Below are positions 1 through 10,206 of a stretch of 64,000 nt of DNA, piece by piece. The DNA comes from Candidatus Poribacteria bacterium (lineage in GTDB: Bacteria; Poribacteria; WGA-4E; PCPOR2b): the NCBI GenBank assembly GCA_965218095.1, contig OZ244587.1, positions 2,304,001 to 2,368,000 of the forward strand, in the 5' to 3' direction. A program made the translations under genes and the position numbers. The notes under the pieces are model-generated. The model was not told the origin of the DNA. It did no database searches and saw only the letters and a list, made by a program, of their open reading frames with translations. The stretch's first letter is position 1. Each line of letters opens with the position of its first letter.

Positions 1-25
1 CTTATACTCAAATGTCAACAGAACC
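1..25 (-). mobile_element. End of an IS5-family (IS427-like) element truncated by the window edge
   Basis: cttatactcaaatgtcaacagaacc followed by TA is identical to the ends at 9400-9424 and 32695-32719. Confidence 0.9.
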
Positions 26-200
26 TAGTCAAAATGCAAAATGATGGTATATACGTGAGCGGTAAGTGGTGATTTGGCGCTAATACCACTCACTACTTGA
101 CCACTCACCAGTCCAAGGGCGTGTTTCAACAGGTCCATATTATCATGCTGATCAATACAGCATTTCCTCAGTTTCCTGTTTATCGTAATAACGCGATTGT

Positions 201-1145
201 CTATCGCCTGATTGTCAGCGGCGGGGCGCGTTGCACAATTTCCACCAGATGCCTCACAAGATGTCCGTTGAAATTATAGGGTTTGCCATAATCAGGCGCC
301 TCTTGGAATTTCCGACAGATGAAAAGATAGCAACCATCGCAATCTGCCTCAATGATTAGTGGGTGCCCAGAGGCGTCGCGTACAAAATCGACAACCCCGA
401 TCTCGAACCCAATCAAGTCTGATACACACAGTGCGAGCGATACCATTTCTTCATTGAGGGTTTCCAAAAACTCGTAATGCGCTCCTGTTGCGACATTGAT
501 GATCGATTTCTCGGCGGTATCGACGCCCTCCTTCACACGTATTGTGCCCATAGCTACCTGCCCTCCGACGACATACATGCGGTAGACGCGATCATTGGTT
601 TGTGCTGTTGTACCGATGAACTGCTGCGCGTAATAAGGCGGTGCAAGCACGATCGTTTGATCAAGAATCTGGTTGTGCTCTCCAAAAGCAACTTGATACG
701 TCCGACTGCGTGTAGTTGTCGTGATCTCCCTTCCCTGACGCCGTAAGATACGATGCCCAGCACCCCCACACAAGTTCGTCGATTTCAACAGAACGATTCC
801 GCAGCGCTCTAGCATGTCCACCACCGCATCCGGGGTTTGCGAGACGATCGTTTCGGGCGTCGGCAAGTTATCTGCCATGAGGAGCCGAGAGGTCGCGAGC
901 TTATCAATAGCGATCTCCTGTGCTTGTGTTGAATTAATGACAAGCTGCTGCGATTCGATCCCTTTCAGCGTTTCCAGCCCATCGTACGGCAACACATAGA
1001 TCAGATCTACATCTGCCTGGTCCAGCTCTGCTGTTGTCAGCCGGCAGCTTTGCCCACCGACAACACGAATTTCGTGTTCCAGATCTCGAATCAGGTTTTC
1101 CAACAGTAACCAGTACGCGGGTTCGTAGAGCAGTCCAATTTTCAT
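201..1145 (-). CDS. RimK-like ATP-grasp protein
   Basis: Motifs AIDKLAT, LPTPET, LLKS..GGAG, YYAQQFI, YRMYVVGG, INVATGA, GVVDF, IIEAD. Confidence 0.75.
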   Translation of the reverse strand: MKIGLLYEPAYWLLLENLIRDLEHEIRVVGGQSCRLTTAELDQADVDLIYVLPYDGLETLKGIESQQLVINSTQAQEIAIDKLATSRLLMADNLPTPETIVSQTPDAVVDMLERCGIVLLKSTNLCGGAGHRILRRQGREITTTTRSRTYQVAFGEHNQILDQTIVLAPPYYAQQFIGTTAQTNDRVYRMYVVGGQVAMGTIRVKEGVDTAEKSIINVATGAHYEFLETLNEEMVSLALCVSDLIGFEIGVVDFVRDASGHPLIIEADCDGCYLFICRKFQEAPDYGKPYNFNGHLVRHLVEIVQRAPPLTIRR

Positions 1146-1222
1146 GGGGAATCAGCGAATTTATGAATGGATAAATGACGGAATATGCTTAACGTTTCAC
1201 GCATCACGTTTTACGTCTCTGC

Positions 1223-1963
1223 CTATTTAAGCGAGTTCAGCGCACGTTCACCTAGTTCAGCGATTTTCTTACGGGAGGTAGCACGCGCTTCCGCCCACCC
1301 CTCCAAATCTCGTTTGCCTGTTTTGACAAAGTCCAGTACATAGCCCTCGGCTTCCATAAACTCATTGCAGAGATGGGCAACGCCACCGGCGATATGATTC
1401 GGAATTGTTGTCACCCCGTTGCAATCGCCATGCAGCAGATCGCCAGGATATACTGTGATACCGCCGACATGCACCGGTACGTTTACATCGATGATCCGGT
1501 GATAGCCGTGAGAGCAGTTAGTCCCGCTCGTGAAGGCCGGGAAATCAATCTCGTGTACCTGATCCAGATCTCGCCCGGCACCGCTCGTGATCAATCCCAC
1601 GCAACCGAAGGTCTTGTATGTCATACACATCACCTCGCCGAATGTAGCGGCGGCAGAAGGGACATCGAGATCTTGGAAGATGACAACACGAGGTTCGGGA
1701 ATCGGATCAAACCCCGCAATTTGCCCCTCCATACCGGCATACGCATCGCCGCCACGCGGGGATGTACTTGTACAAAGTGTCGCAGTTGTCGCATAGCCTA
1801 CCATCGGTGGCATTTCTGGAAAACAGGCTTGAATGCGGGCATCCATATAGCCCGTGTTTCGTGGACGAACGTCGAATAGTTCAATCACATTGCAGATTGT
1901 GGGCGTGTCTACACCCTTGAGGATTTCCAATTCTTCAGATGAAATTGTTTGGACCGGATTCAT
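1223..1963 (-). CDS. RraA / HMG-aldolase family protein
   Basis: DTPTICN, PMVGYA.T, FGEVM, GAGRDL, GDLLHGDCNGV. Confidence 0.85.
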   Translation of the reverse strand: MNPVQTISSEELEILKGVDTPTICNVIELFDVRPRNTGYMDARIQACFPEMPPMVGYATTATLCTSTSPRGGDAYAGMEGQIAGFDPIPEPRVVIFQDLDVPSAAATFGEVMCMTYKTFGCVGLITSGAGRDLDQVHEIDFPAFTSGTNCSHGYHRIIDVNVPVHVGGITVYPGDLLHGDCNGVTTIPNHIAGGVAHLCNEFMEAEGYVLDFVKTGKRDLEGWAEARATSRKKIAELGERALNSLK

Positions 1964-2214
1964 AATTTCTCCCTTTGGCGTGTTTATCAAACTAACGGAA
2001 TGCAAAACTTGCTTTGCAAAAACAGATTATAACACGATTTTATTCTGAAGATAAGTCTATTTTTTCGTACCCTGGCGATTTATGCTTAATCTGAATGCTG
2101 AAAACGGAACAGCCCTCTCCCGACTGAATTGCACTTGATTCGCATTTTGTCTTATGTTACGCTGTAGCAGTTTCAATGATAATGTTCGTTACCCAAACTT
2201 ACCGAGGCACATTG

Positions 2215-3192
2215 ATGAAAGTAATTATCCCCGCCGCAGGGAGCGGCACTCGACTGAGACCACATACCTATGCAACACCCAAAACGCTGTTACACGTCGC
2301 CGGACGCCCTATCCTTGCGCCGTTGGTTGGACTCTCTGATCTTTCCGAGTTGATTTTCGTCGTTGGGAATTTAGACGACCAGATCCGCGACTATGTCAAA
2401 ATGAACTGCGATTTACCAGCGGCTTATGTTCGGCAGGATAAGCAGAAGGGACTTGGACACGCTATCTCGCTTGCCAAAGAACGCGCCAATGGCGAACCGG
2501 TTCTAATTATGCTGGACGACGGCATTTTTGAAGTTGATTGTCAACGGCTTATTCAGAGTCCCTACACCGTCATCGGCGTCAAGGAGGTGGAGAATCCGCA
2601 AGTATTTGGCATCGTTGAGATGGAAGGCGAGTTTATCACCCGCCTGATCGAGAAGCCTGAAAACCCGCCGACAAACCTTGCCATTGCGGGTATGTATTAC
2701 ATCCGAAACAGCGAACTACTGTTCCAGTGTTTAGATGAAATTATTGAAAAAGACATCCGTACCAAGGATGAATATCAGTTGACAGATGGTTTGCAGTTGA
2801 TGTTAGAATATGGCGAGAAGATGAAGGTAGAGTCGATTAACTGGTTAGATTGCGGTAAGCCAGACGTGCTGCTAGAAACCAATCGGTATCTGTTAGAAAG
2901 ACACCCCCAAAATTATCAATTCCCAGACGCCGTGCTCATCCCGTCTGTCTTTATTGATGAGGATGCAATCATTAAGCGCGCTGTTATTGGTTCCTATGCC
3001 TCGATTGGCAAAGGGGCTCGAATTATCAATGCCATCGTTAGAGATGCGGTGATTAACCCTTATGCGGACGTACAAAATGTCCTCATCAGCCGATCACTCA
3101 TTGGGGAATCCGCTCAGGTGCGTGGACATTTTCATCGACTCAATGTTGGCAGTTCATCGCAGATTGATCTGCTGAATGACATAGACTCATAG
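2215..3192 (+). CDS. Sugar-phosphate nucleotidyltransferase (glucose-1-P thymidylyltransferase-like) with C-terminal hexapeptide region
   Basis: IIPAAGSGTRLRPHT..PK, GLGHA, EKP, EYQLTD, WLDCG. Confidence 0.9.
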   Translation: MKVIIPAAGSGTRLRPHTYATPKTLLHVAGRPILAPLVGLSDLSELIFVVGNLDDQIRDYVKMNCDLPAAYVRQDKQKGLGHAISLAKERANGEPVLIMLDDGIFEVDCQRLIQSPYTVIGVKEVENPQVFGIVEMEGEFITRLIEKPENPPTNLAIAGMYYIRNSELLFQCLDEIIEKDIRTKDEYQLTDGLQLMLEYGEKMKVESINWLDCGKPDVLLETNRYLLERHPQNYQFPDAVLIPSVFIDEDAIIKRAVIGSYASIGKGARIINAIVRDAVINPYADVQNVLISRSLIGESAQVRGHFHRLNVGSSSQIDLLNDIDS

Positions 3193-3230
3193 TAGAAATT
3201 CTTGACATCTGACCTGAAAAGGTATCACTT

Positions 3231-4570
3231 ATGAAAATTGCAATCATCGGCACCGGTTACGTCGGGTTGACGACATGTGTCGCAATGGCTTATTTGAACC
3301 ATGAAGTCGTGGGTGTGGATAAGGACCTGCAAACTCAGTCTGTTACAACGAGGTAAAAGCCCCATTCACGAGGCAGGTCTCCAAACCCTCTTGGACCAAA
3401 CCGCGAAAGATATTGATTTCACAGATAATACATCAGATGCTGTGGCAAACGGAGACATCATCATGATCGCGGTAGGTACTCCCCAGAAGCAAAGTGGGGA
3501 GGCGAATGCACGTTACGTGGAAGAGGCGGCACACGATGTCGCCCAAGGGCTTGAATCCAATCGGAAATATACTTTGGTAGTCAAGTCCACCATGCCAATC
3601 GGTACCAATCATCGGGTCGCTCATGTGGTGAACCGTACTGTCCCAGCGCGGTGTAGAGACAGACATATATTTTGCCTCTAATCCTGAGTTTTTGCAGGAA
3701 GGTCTCGCCCTACATGGTATGTTCTATCCGGATCGGATTGTTGCGGGTGCTGAACGCCCAGAAGCAGTGGAAGCCTTGCGTCGGATGTATCGCCCAATCC
3801 TGGAACAAACCTTTGATCCGCTAGGCTTTTTATCACGTCCCGAAGGATACAGTCTGCCGCCTTTAATCAGCGCTGAAATGATGAAGTACGCCGCGAATAC
3901 ATTCCTTGCCCTCAAGATTAGTTTCATTAACGAGATTGCCGGGCTGTGCGAAAAGGTCGGTGCGAATGTCACTGAGGTTGCTCGTGGGCTTGGGTTAGAT
4001 ACTCGCATCGGTCATCGCTTTCTCGGCACCGGGCTTGGGTGGGGCGGTAGCTGCTTCCCTAAAGACACCGCCGCACTTGTAAGCGTGGGAGCGGAATACG
4101 GTTACTCCATGCCGGTTGTTCAAGCAGCTCGTGAGGTGAACCGGCGTCAGTGCCAATCGATCGTTGAGAAGCTACAACAGGCTCTGAAGATATTGCGAAG
4201 CCAAACGATAGGCATACTGGGACTTGCTTTTAAGCCCAACACCGATGACGTTCGAGAAGCCCCCGCTCTGGATATTATCCGAATCCTGGTTGAACAGAGT
4301 GCACATGTACGCGTGCATGATCCAGTCGCCATTCCCGGTGCTCAACAAGCCTTAAAGGGACTAGATGTGAAGTTTACTAAAGACTGCTACCGTCTGGCAG
4401 ATGGGGCGGATGCGCTGGTACTCGCAACGGAATGGGAAGAATACCACACCCTAGAGCTCGCCCGCCTCGCCAAATGCATGAAAAATTCTGTCTTAATTGA
4501 TGGACGCAATTTCTTTAAACCCGAGGAAGCAGAAGCAGCCGGGTTTGTGTACATGGGAATCGGGCGGTAG
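3231..4570 (+). pseudogene. ugd: UDP-glucose/GDP-mannose dehydrogenase with two frameshifts (near 3330 and 3660)
   Basis: MKIAIIGTGYVGL at 3231, AVGTPQ and VVKST in a second frame, NPEFLQEG, KYAAN, GGSCFPKD and GLAFKPNTDDVRE in a third. Confidence 0.85.
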
Positions 4571-4630
4571 CGGCTAATACCGAGTCAATCACAAATGAGT
4601 ATCGAACTTTCCGTGTAGGGAGGTAGCCAG

Positions 4631-5112
4631 TCAATTTATCGCTGTGGATGACAAATTGGCATCAGATGAAGGAGGGAACGAGAGATAGATTTCTTGTCGC
4701 GGAAAGTTGGAGTACAGGGCGACATCGGTCAAAAAATCCTCGAAACCAAGTATGATTGGGTAGGTATCGTCGGAAAGGAGATGGACTTTGATCATCATCG
4801 GTGAGGAAATCCGTTCACTCTCTTCGGCATCGTGGAGACGTAACGACACTTGCCCCAACCCTGGCCCATCGGATGCCCCACAAAAGGAACCTCAACTTCA
4901 ACATCGGAGTGGAGTCCATAACGAATTGCTTCCCGGACCTGGCGCGGCATTATAGAAATGGGACCGCCGGTATTGATGATTGCTTTCCTGCTTCTCGGCC
5001 AACCCTCAGGCGTTTCAAAGGACACATCTGTGATGATTCGGACATAGCGAACCAGTGTTCCCCGTTGCAAGTAGTCCAAATTAGCTTGGACGCTGTACCT
5101 TAACCTTACCAC
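4631..5112 (-). pseudogene. Retropepsin-like aspartyl protease, frameshifted near 4855 with catalytic D replaced by N
   Basis: AIINTGGPISIMP (DTG motif) in 4795-5112 and PIILGFEDFL in 4631-4858. Confidence 0.65.
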
Positions 5113-5375
5113 GAGATTGCCAGATGCCCCTCAATGAAAGTATAGACACACTGTCCCTTGCTGACCTCGGCTTCTCTTTGGTGAGCCACCATGTCAACTT
5201 CGCCCAAATCTTCGCTAGCAACTGCGACCTCTTTTTCAAGCACAGCAACCCAGTGGTCTGGATACTTTTGGGTGAGTGCGTTGATATTCTCATTAATCCA
5301 TCTAGCGTCCTCAGAATACCGCTTGGGAAGTTTCGTAGGTTCAGGAAAATCCTTGGGAAGTTTGGCATAAGGCAT
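5106..5375 (-). CDS. DUF5678-like small protein
   Basis: WINENINALTQKYPDHWVAVLEKEVAVASEDL pattern; gaggtg RBS; overlaps the protease start. Confidence 0.7.
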   Translation of the reverse strand: MPYAKLPKDFPEPTKLPKRYSEDARWINENINALTQKYPDHWVAVLEKEVAVASEDLGEVDMVAHQREAEVSKGQCVYTFIEGHLAISW

Positions 5376-5497
5376 CTCGTTCACCTCACTTTGAGGTGGT
5401 TTGTGACAATTATAACCTGTGGCGTTTAGAAATTCAACGATGTTAAGAAGCAAAGGATTAATCTTGAAACCGATTAAGATTAAGAAGGAGAAAAAAT

Positions 5498-6529
5498 ATG
5501 CACTATCGACGCTTAGGAAGAACAGGACTGAAAGTGTCAGAATTCTGCCTCGGGACAATGACGTTTGGGCAGCCTGACTGGGGCAACGATGAAGCGCAAT
5601 CTGATGCAATCTTCAACGCAGCCCTGGATGCCGGCGTGAACTTTTATGACACCGCGAATTCTTATGCAGATAGTCAGTCGGAAATAATCCTGGGTCGCAT
5701 CATGAAGCGTAAGCGGGATAAGCTCATCATCGCTACCAAAGTCTTCAACCCGATGGGGACGGACATCAACGATTCCGGGACTTCGCGGGTGCATATCATG
5801 AGGGCGGTTGAGGATAGTCTCAGACGCCTGCAGACAGACTATATCGACCTCTACCTAATCCACCATGTGGACAGGGAGACGCCAACTGAGGAACGATTGC
5901 GCGCCCTTGATGACCTTGCCCATCAAGGCAAGGTTCGCTACATCGGTTGCAGCAACGAGTATGCCTGGCGCTTGTGTGACGCCCTTTGGATTAGCGAAGT
6001 GAAGAATCTGGCGCGCTATGAAACTCTCCAACCCCAATACAATCTGCTGACACGAGATATTGAAGAGGAAATCTTACCGCTCTGCCGCGAGAAAGGGGTC
6101 GGCGTGTATGTCTGGGGACCATTGGCAGGGGGGTATTTAACAGGGAAATACAAGCCGGGCAAGCCGCTCCCTGAGGATTCCCGCTTTGCCCGAAGAACGG
6201 AGAGTTCAATAGATTGCTACGCTGGCCCTCGGGTGCAGGAGATTGTGGAGATGCTTCGTGATGTCGCCCAGGGCTTGGGGCGGAGTATGGCACAAGTTGC
6301 GTTGCGCTGGATTTTAGAGCAGGAGGGAATTACCTCTGTCATCGTTGGGGCGACAAAGGTGGAGCAACTGCGGGACAATATCGGTTGTTCGGGCTGGAGT
6401 TTGCCTGATGATGCTTTGACCCGGTTAAACGAAGTCTCGGCGCCTCTAATGCGTTACCCGGATTCGATGGAGTTGAACATTCACGAACGTCGGGCAAATG
6501 TCGTGGATATGCCGACGCTGGGTGCGTGA
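5498..6529 (+). CDS. Aldo/keto reductase
   Basis: LGRTGLKVSEFCLGTM, DTANSY, IATK, SLRRLQTDYIDLY, GKVRYIG, YNLL. Confidence 0.95.
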   Translation: MHYRRLGRTGLKVSEFCLGTMTFGQPDWGNDEAQSDAIFNAALDAGVNFYDTANSYADSQSEIILGRIMKRKRDKLIIATKVFNPMGTDINDSGTSRVHIMRAVEDSLRRLQTDYIDLYLIHHVDRETPTEERLRALDDLAHQGKVRYIGCSNEYAWRLCDALWISEVKNLARYETLQPQYNLLTRDIEEEILPLCREKGVGVYVWGPLAGGYLTGKYKPGKPLPEDSRFARRTESSIDCYAGPRVQEIVEMLRDVAQGLGRSMAQVALRWILEQEGITSVIVGATKVEQLRDNIGCSGWSLPDDALTRLNEVSAPLMRYPDSMELNIHERRANVVDMPTLGA

Positions 6530-6731
6530 TGCGTAAAACGTAATATGTGAGCGAACCTCTCAAAAAAGATCCACAAAATGCGTCAACTGTACAACCCAAA
6601 GTATGAAGATTATTCATATATGTGTTTGGTTGTCGATACGCTTACCCTTTATCTAAAGTAGGAGGAGCAGATCAAATCTGAACGGATTAATCGTAATCGT
6701 CCAAACGAGCGACGCCCGCGTAAATAATATC

Positions 6732-7499
6732 CTAAATCAAAGATTTCAGCGTCTGGGCAAAGCGGGGAACGACTATCATCGCATCCTCCGCAGCTTCATA
6801 TTCGATCGACAGATAGCCTCTGTAGCCCTGCGCATTGAGCATGCTGACGATCTTCGAGAAATCCGCTGCTTCATTGCCGCCGCTCTCTTTGGGGATCTCC
6901 GTCTTCGCATGCGCGGTTACGGCGTAAGGGGCGACGCGCGCCAGTGAACCGTAGGGATCCTGACGGAAGTTGCCCGTATCCAAATTCACGCCTACCCATT
7001 CAGAGCTGACCGACGTGATCAAATCGATAACCTGATCGGCGGTGGACGTAATTCCACCGTGATTCTCCAACGCCAGCAATACGCCCCGCGGCGCAGCATA
7101 TTCCGCACATTCCTTCAGACCGTCAATCACCCATTGGCGAACTTCCGCCTCGCTATGTCCTTCAGGCGTTCCCCCAGCGAATACACGCAAGCAGGGCGCT
7201 CCCAGCTTAACAGAGATGTCAACCCAGTCCTTGACATACTGGATCTGCCTGGCGTGTTCGCCCGCGTCGGCGTCTGTGAACCGATTCCCAACCGCCGCCG
7301 CCGAAATCTGCAATCCAAGCAGATAACACTGGCGTTTGAGTGTGTATAAATAAGCATCGTCTGTTGACTGGAAATAGTACGCAGTCAACTCAACGCCGTC
7401 CACATCCATCTCGACAGCCTTCTGGAGAAAGTTCTCAAGGCTCATATCTTCACTTGTCAAATACTGGCGAAATGAATATGCGGCACATCCAACCTTCAT
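6732..7499 (-). CDS. Sugar phosphate isomerase/epimerase (xylose-isomerase-like TIM barrel)
   Basis: GVELTAY, LALENHGG, NLDTGN, HAK, SIEYE. Confidence 0.85.
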   Translation of the reverse strand: MKVGCAAYSFRQYLTSEDMSLENFLQKAVEMDVDGVELTAYYFQSTDDAYLYTLKRQCYLLGLQISAAAVGNRFTDADAGEHARQIQYVKDWVDISVKLGAPCLRVFAGGTPEGHSEAEVRQWVIDGLKECAEYAAPRGVLLALENHGGITSTADQVIDLITSVSSEWVGVNLDTGNFRQDPYGSLARVAPYAVTAHAKTEIPKESGGNEAADFSKIVSMLNAQGYRGYLSIEYEAAEDAMIVVPRFAQTLKSLI

Positions 7500-7650
7500 T
7501 ATGACCTCCCAAATCAATAAATCAACTTCACCTAGAAATTGGCAATGTAATGCTCAAGCATAAAACGTAAAGCGTAAAACGTAAGCTATTTCACGTTTTG
7601 CGCCTTATGTCTCACGCACGAGCCCGTAACACCAGTAAGCAAAAACAGGC

Positions 7651-8061
7651 TCACGCGCTCAACTCATTCATAATCTTCTCAACATTTTCCAGCAATTCAA
7701 CTTCGTAACTATCCGGATCTGTGATGAAAGCCATCTTCATGCCGCCCGATGTGAATTGCTCTCGCCAGCCATCAGGCCAAATTTCAAGACCCGCTTTCTC
7801 CAGCTTATCGCAGCAGGCAACGAGATCCGGCACACCAATGGCGAAGTGCATCAAATCTTCCGGAACGTTGAGCTCATAGTCGGGCGAATAGGTCAACTCC
7901 AGGGTATGTACGTTACCCGGCAGTTCAAGATGGACGATCTGGTTGCCGGCCGGCGATCTATCGCTCCGACTTTTCACAACGAAGCCTAAGTGATCGCAAT
8001 ACCAATTAATCGACCGATCCAAGTCGCTGACTCGAACCCGTGTGTGTAAAAAAACAGCCAT
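7651..8061 (-). CDS. VOC family protein (lactoylglutathione lyase-like)
   Basis: LHTRVRVSDLDRS, LELTY, HFAIGV, FITDPDSYEVELL. Confidence 0.85.
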   Translation of the reverse strand: MAVFLHTRVRVSDLDRSINWYCDHLGFVVKSRSDRSPAGNQIVHLELPGNVHTLELTYSPDYELNVPEDLMHFAIGVPDLVACCDKLEKAGLEIWPDGWREQFTSGGMKMAFITDPDSYEVELLENVEKIMNELSA

Positions 8062-8627
8062 TGTGGTTTCCTTTCTGTTATTGGGTTTGAATTAATCTCC
8101 TAAAGCGGAGATGCTCGAATTGGTTTCTTAGCGTAGTGCGACAGAACCCTTTCAAAGAAAAGGCGATTCTAAACAATGATAACACACGATCCACTGCCGA
8201 GCAAGCTGATTGTTAGGGGGCATCATTTCTTTGTTGAAAAATTCCGCTAAATGAGAGACAATATGTTGAGCTAACGCTGTTCTATCTATGAATTGTTGAG
8301 AAATTCGTTCTGTAGCATGTATGAACTGTACGGCGTATTGCGTGAGGGGTGAGAAGTGATGAATAAAACCTGATGAGCGGATTTCTCACTCGTTACGTTT
8401 CATCCCAATTCGATTTCTACAGTTTTGTGAAGCAAATTACAGATCACTTCATTAAAATTGTTTATATTTTAAGCTATGTGTGACCTTTCGCATTATTTCG
8501 GAACAGTTTTTCTAATTTTTAGATCCAGTCGTAGCAAGGGTTCCCAACATCCCGATTCGATGGATTGCCACATCACCGCAAAGGTCGTGTTTCTCAAGTG
8601 AAACGGCCGATTATTAGATCCGTGCTA

Positions 8628-9424
8628 GGTTCTGTTGACATTTCAAGGGAGCCATATAAGAGTGGAGACAAAGCTGAGAAATCCAAAATAACGGATAGCT
8701 AACTTCTCGAACCGAGAGAAGATGCGGCGATACCATTTTATCTTGTTAATGAAACATTCAACCAGATGTCCCTCTTTGTACAGATGTTTGTCGTAATCTC
8801 TTTGATCCACACGATGACTTTTTGGCGGTATCACCGCAATTGCTCCATTCGCCTCAATAACCGCGATAAAATTGTCGGAGTCATATCCCTTGTCTCCAAT
8901 CACATACTCGCTTTTATATCCAAGTATCAACGCTTCTGCTTCCGCTATGTCGTTTCTTTGACCGGGCGTCAGATGTATTCTTAGGGGATTACCCAGGCCG
9001 TCAACGGTGATGTGAATTTTTGTACTGAATCCCCTGCGAGAGCAGCCTAACGCTTGGTTTTCAGTTCCCCCCTTTTTTTTCGGCACCCGCCGCACACGGG
9101 TGCGCTCGAATGATTGTACTGTCCACAATAAGCGACTCGATATCGGGGTCGGCGGCGAAGTGGTGGTGGATCTGTGTGAAGCCCCCTTTGTCGCACCACC
9201 GTGCAAAACGCTTATAGAGGGTGTTCGATTTACCATAGGTGTCTGGCAGAAGTCCCCATTGAGCACCGCTTCGATAAAGCGGCGTGTTGTCGCTTCGTTG
9301 CCAACATAAATGTTGGGACAAGTTAGAAGAAACGAGTATATCTTTTTCCATTGGTCATCGGGTAAGGTTATTGGCATCATTCTTCTATTATGCCACAACC
9401 TTATACTCAAATGTCAACAGAACC
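8628..9424 (-). mobile_element. IS5-family (IS427-like) element with a small internal deletion in orfA
   Basis: 15-bp TIRs GGTTCTGTTGACATT, TA flanks, transposase motifs VDST, DKGYD, VECFINKIK, A8G6 run between the ORFs. Confidence 0.92.
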
Positions 9425-9524
9425 TACGTGCGGGTTCGTACTCCGAAATTAAAAAAACTTCCTCGGGATTACGCGAAAGGTAAGTATGTGATATACTTTT
9501 GTCCCAAATGGAAATCTATCGGAG

Positions 9525-10122
9525 GTGATGAAGATATTCAGATCCGCTTCGATTGTCTTAGCTTTCGTGATTTTATGTGCATGCTTCTATGCGTGTGGCG
9601 GTGATGAGGAGCCTACTTATGACCTCCGTCAAGACCTCCCGTCCGTTGTCCCGGAAGATTTCGGTCCAGCGCCTCCATTTCAGCTTGAAGACCTTAATGG
9701 AAATCAGGTGTCGTTGGCGGATTTCCAGGGTCAGGTTGTTGCTGTCAACTTTTGGGCAACGTGGTGTGGACCTTGCCGTCGTGAAGTTCCAGAATTTGTC
9801 GAAGTTCAAGCGGAACACCAGGATGACGGATTTACGATTCTTGGAATTTCTCTGGATATAGAGTTCGACGACAATGGAAACCTTATAAAAAATGAAGAAG
9901 ACGTTCGTGAATTCCTCGAACAGTTTGAAGTGAATTATCCAGTTTGAAGTGAATTATCCGACCCTCTGGGATACCAAAGACGTGTACGGAGATGCGTATA
10001 ACGGCTTCGGTCTGCCGACCACCGTTATTTTGGATCGGAACCATAAAATTCGATTCAGACATAATTCGATTGTTGATAAGGTCATTTTCAAGGCGGAAGT
10101 TGCAATGCTATTGAATGAGTAG
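9525..10122 (+). pseudogene. TlpA/ResA-like thiol-disulfide oxidoreductase lipoprotein, frameshifted by a 19-bp tandem duplication
   Basis: Lipobox FYAC, VNFWATWCGPC; cagtttgaagtgaattatc twice at 9921-9958; the C-terminus GLPTTVILDR continues to TAG at 10122. Confidence 0.85.
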
Positions 10123-10151
10123 ATGGGTGCCAGGGAACAGCAATTAAATTT

Positions 10152-10184
10152 AACCTTGCGAAGGTTTGAAACCTTCGCAAGGTT
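10152..10184. repeat. REP-like double palindrome AACCTTGCGAAGGTTTGAAACCTTCGCAAGGTT
   Basis: Near-identical copies at 33191-33222 and 54084-54114; half copies at 13739, 39169 and 51906. Confidence 0.85.
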
Positions 10185-10206
10185 TTGGGCCACAGAGAAT
10201 GTTGTT

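Noticed and set aside
8390-8610. AT-rich segment resembling a CRISPR leader or a MITE with CGTTTCA ends
   Set aside because: No array follows, and the terminal match is too short and lacks a target duplication
9945-9947. TGA in TlpA next to DUF3179 as a selenocysteine codon
   Set aside because: The TGA arises from the 19-bp duplication frameshift; the active sites already use Cys (WCGPC, CPLC)
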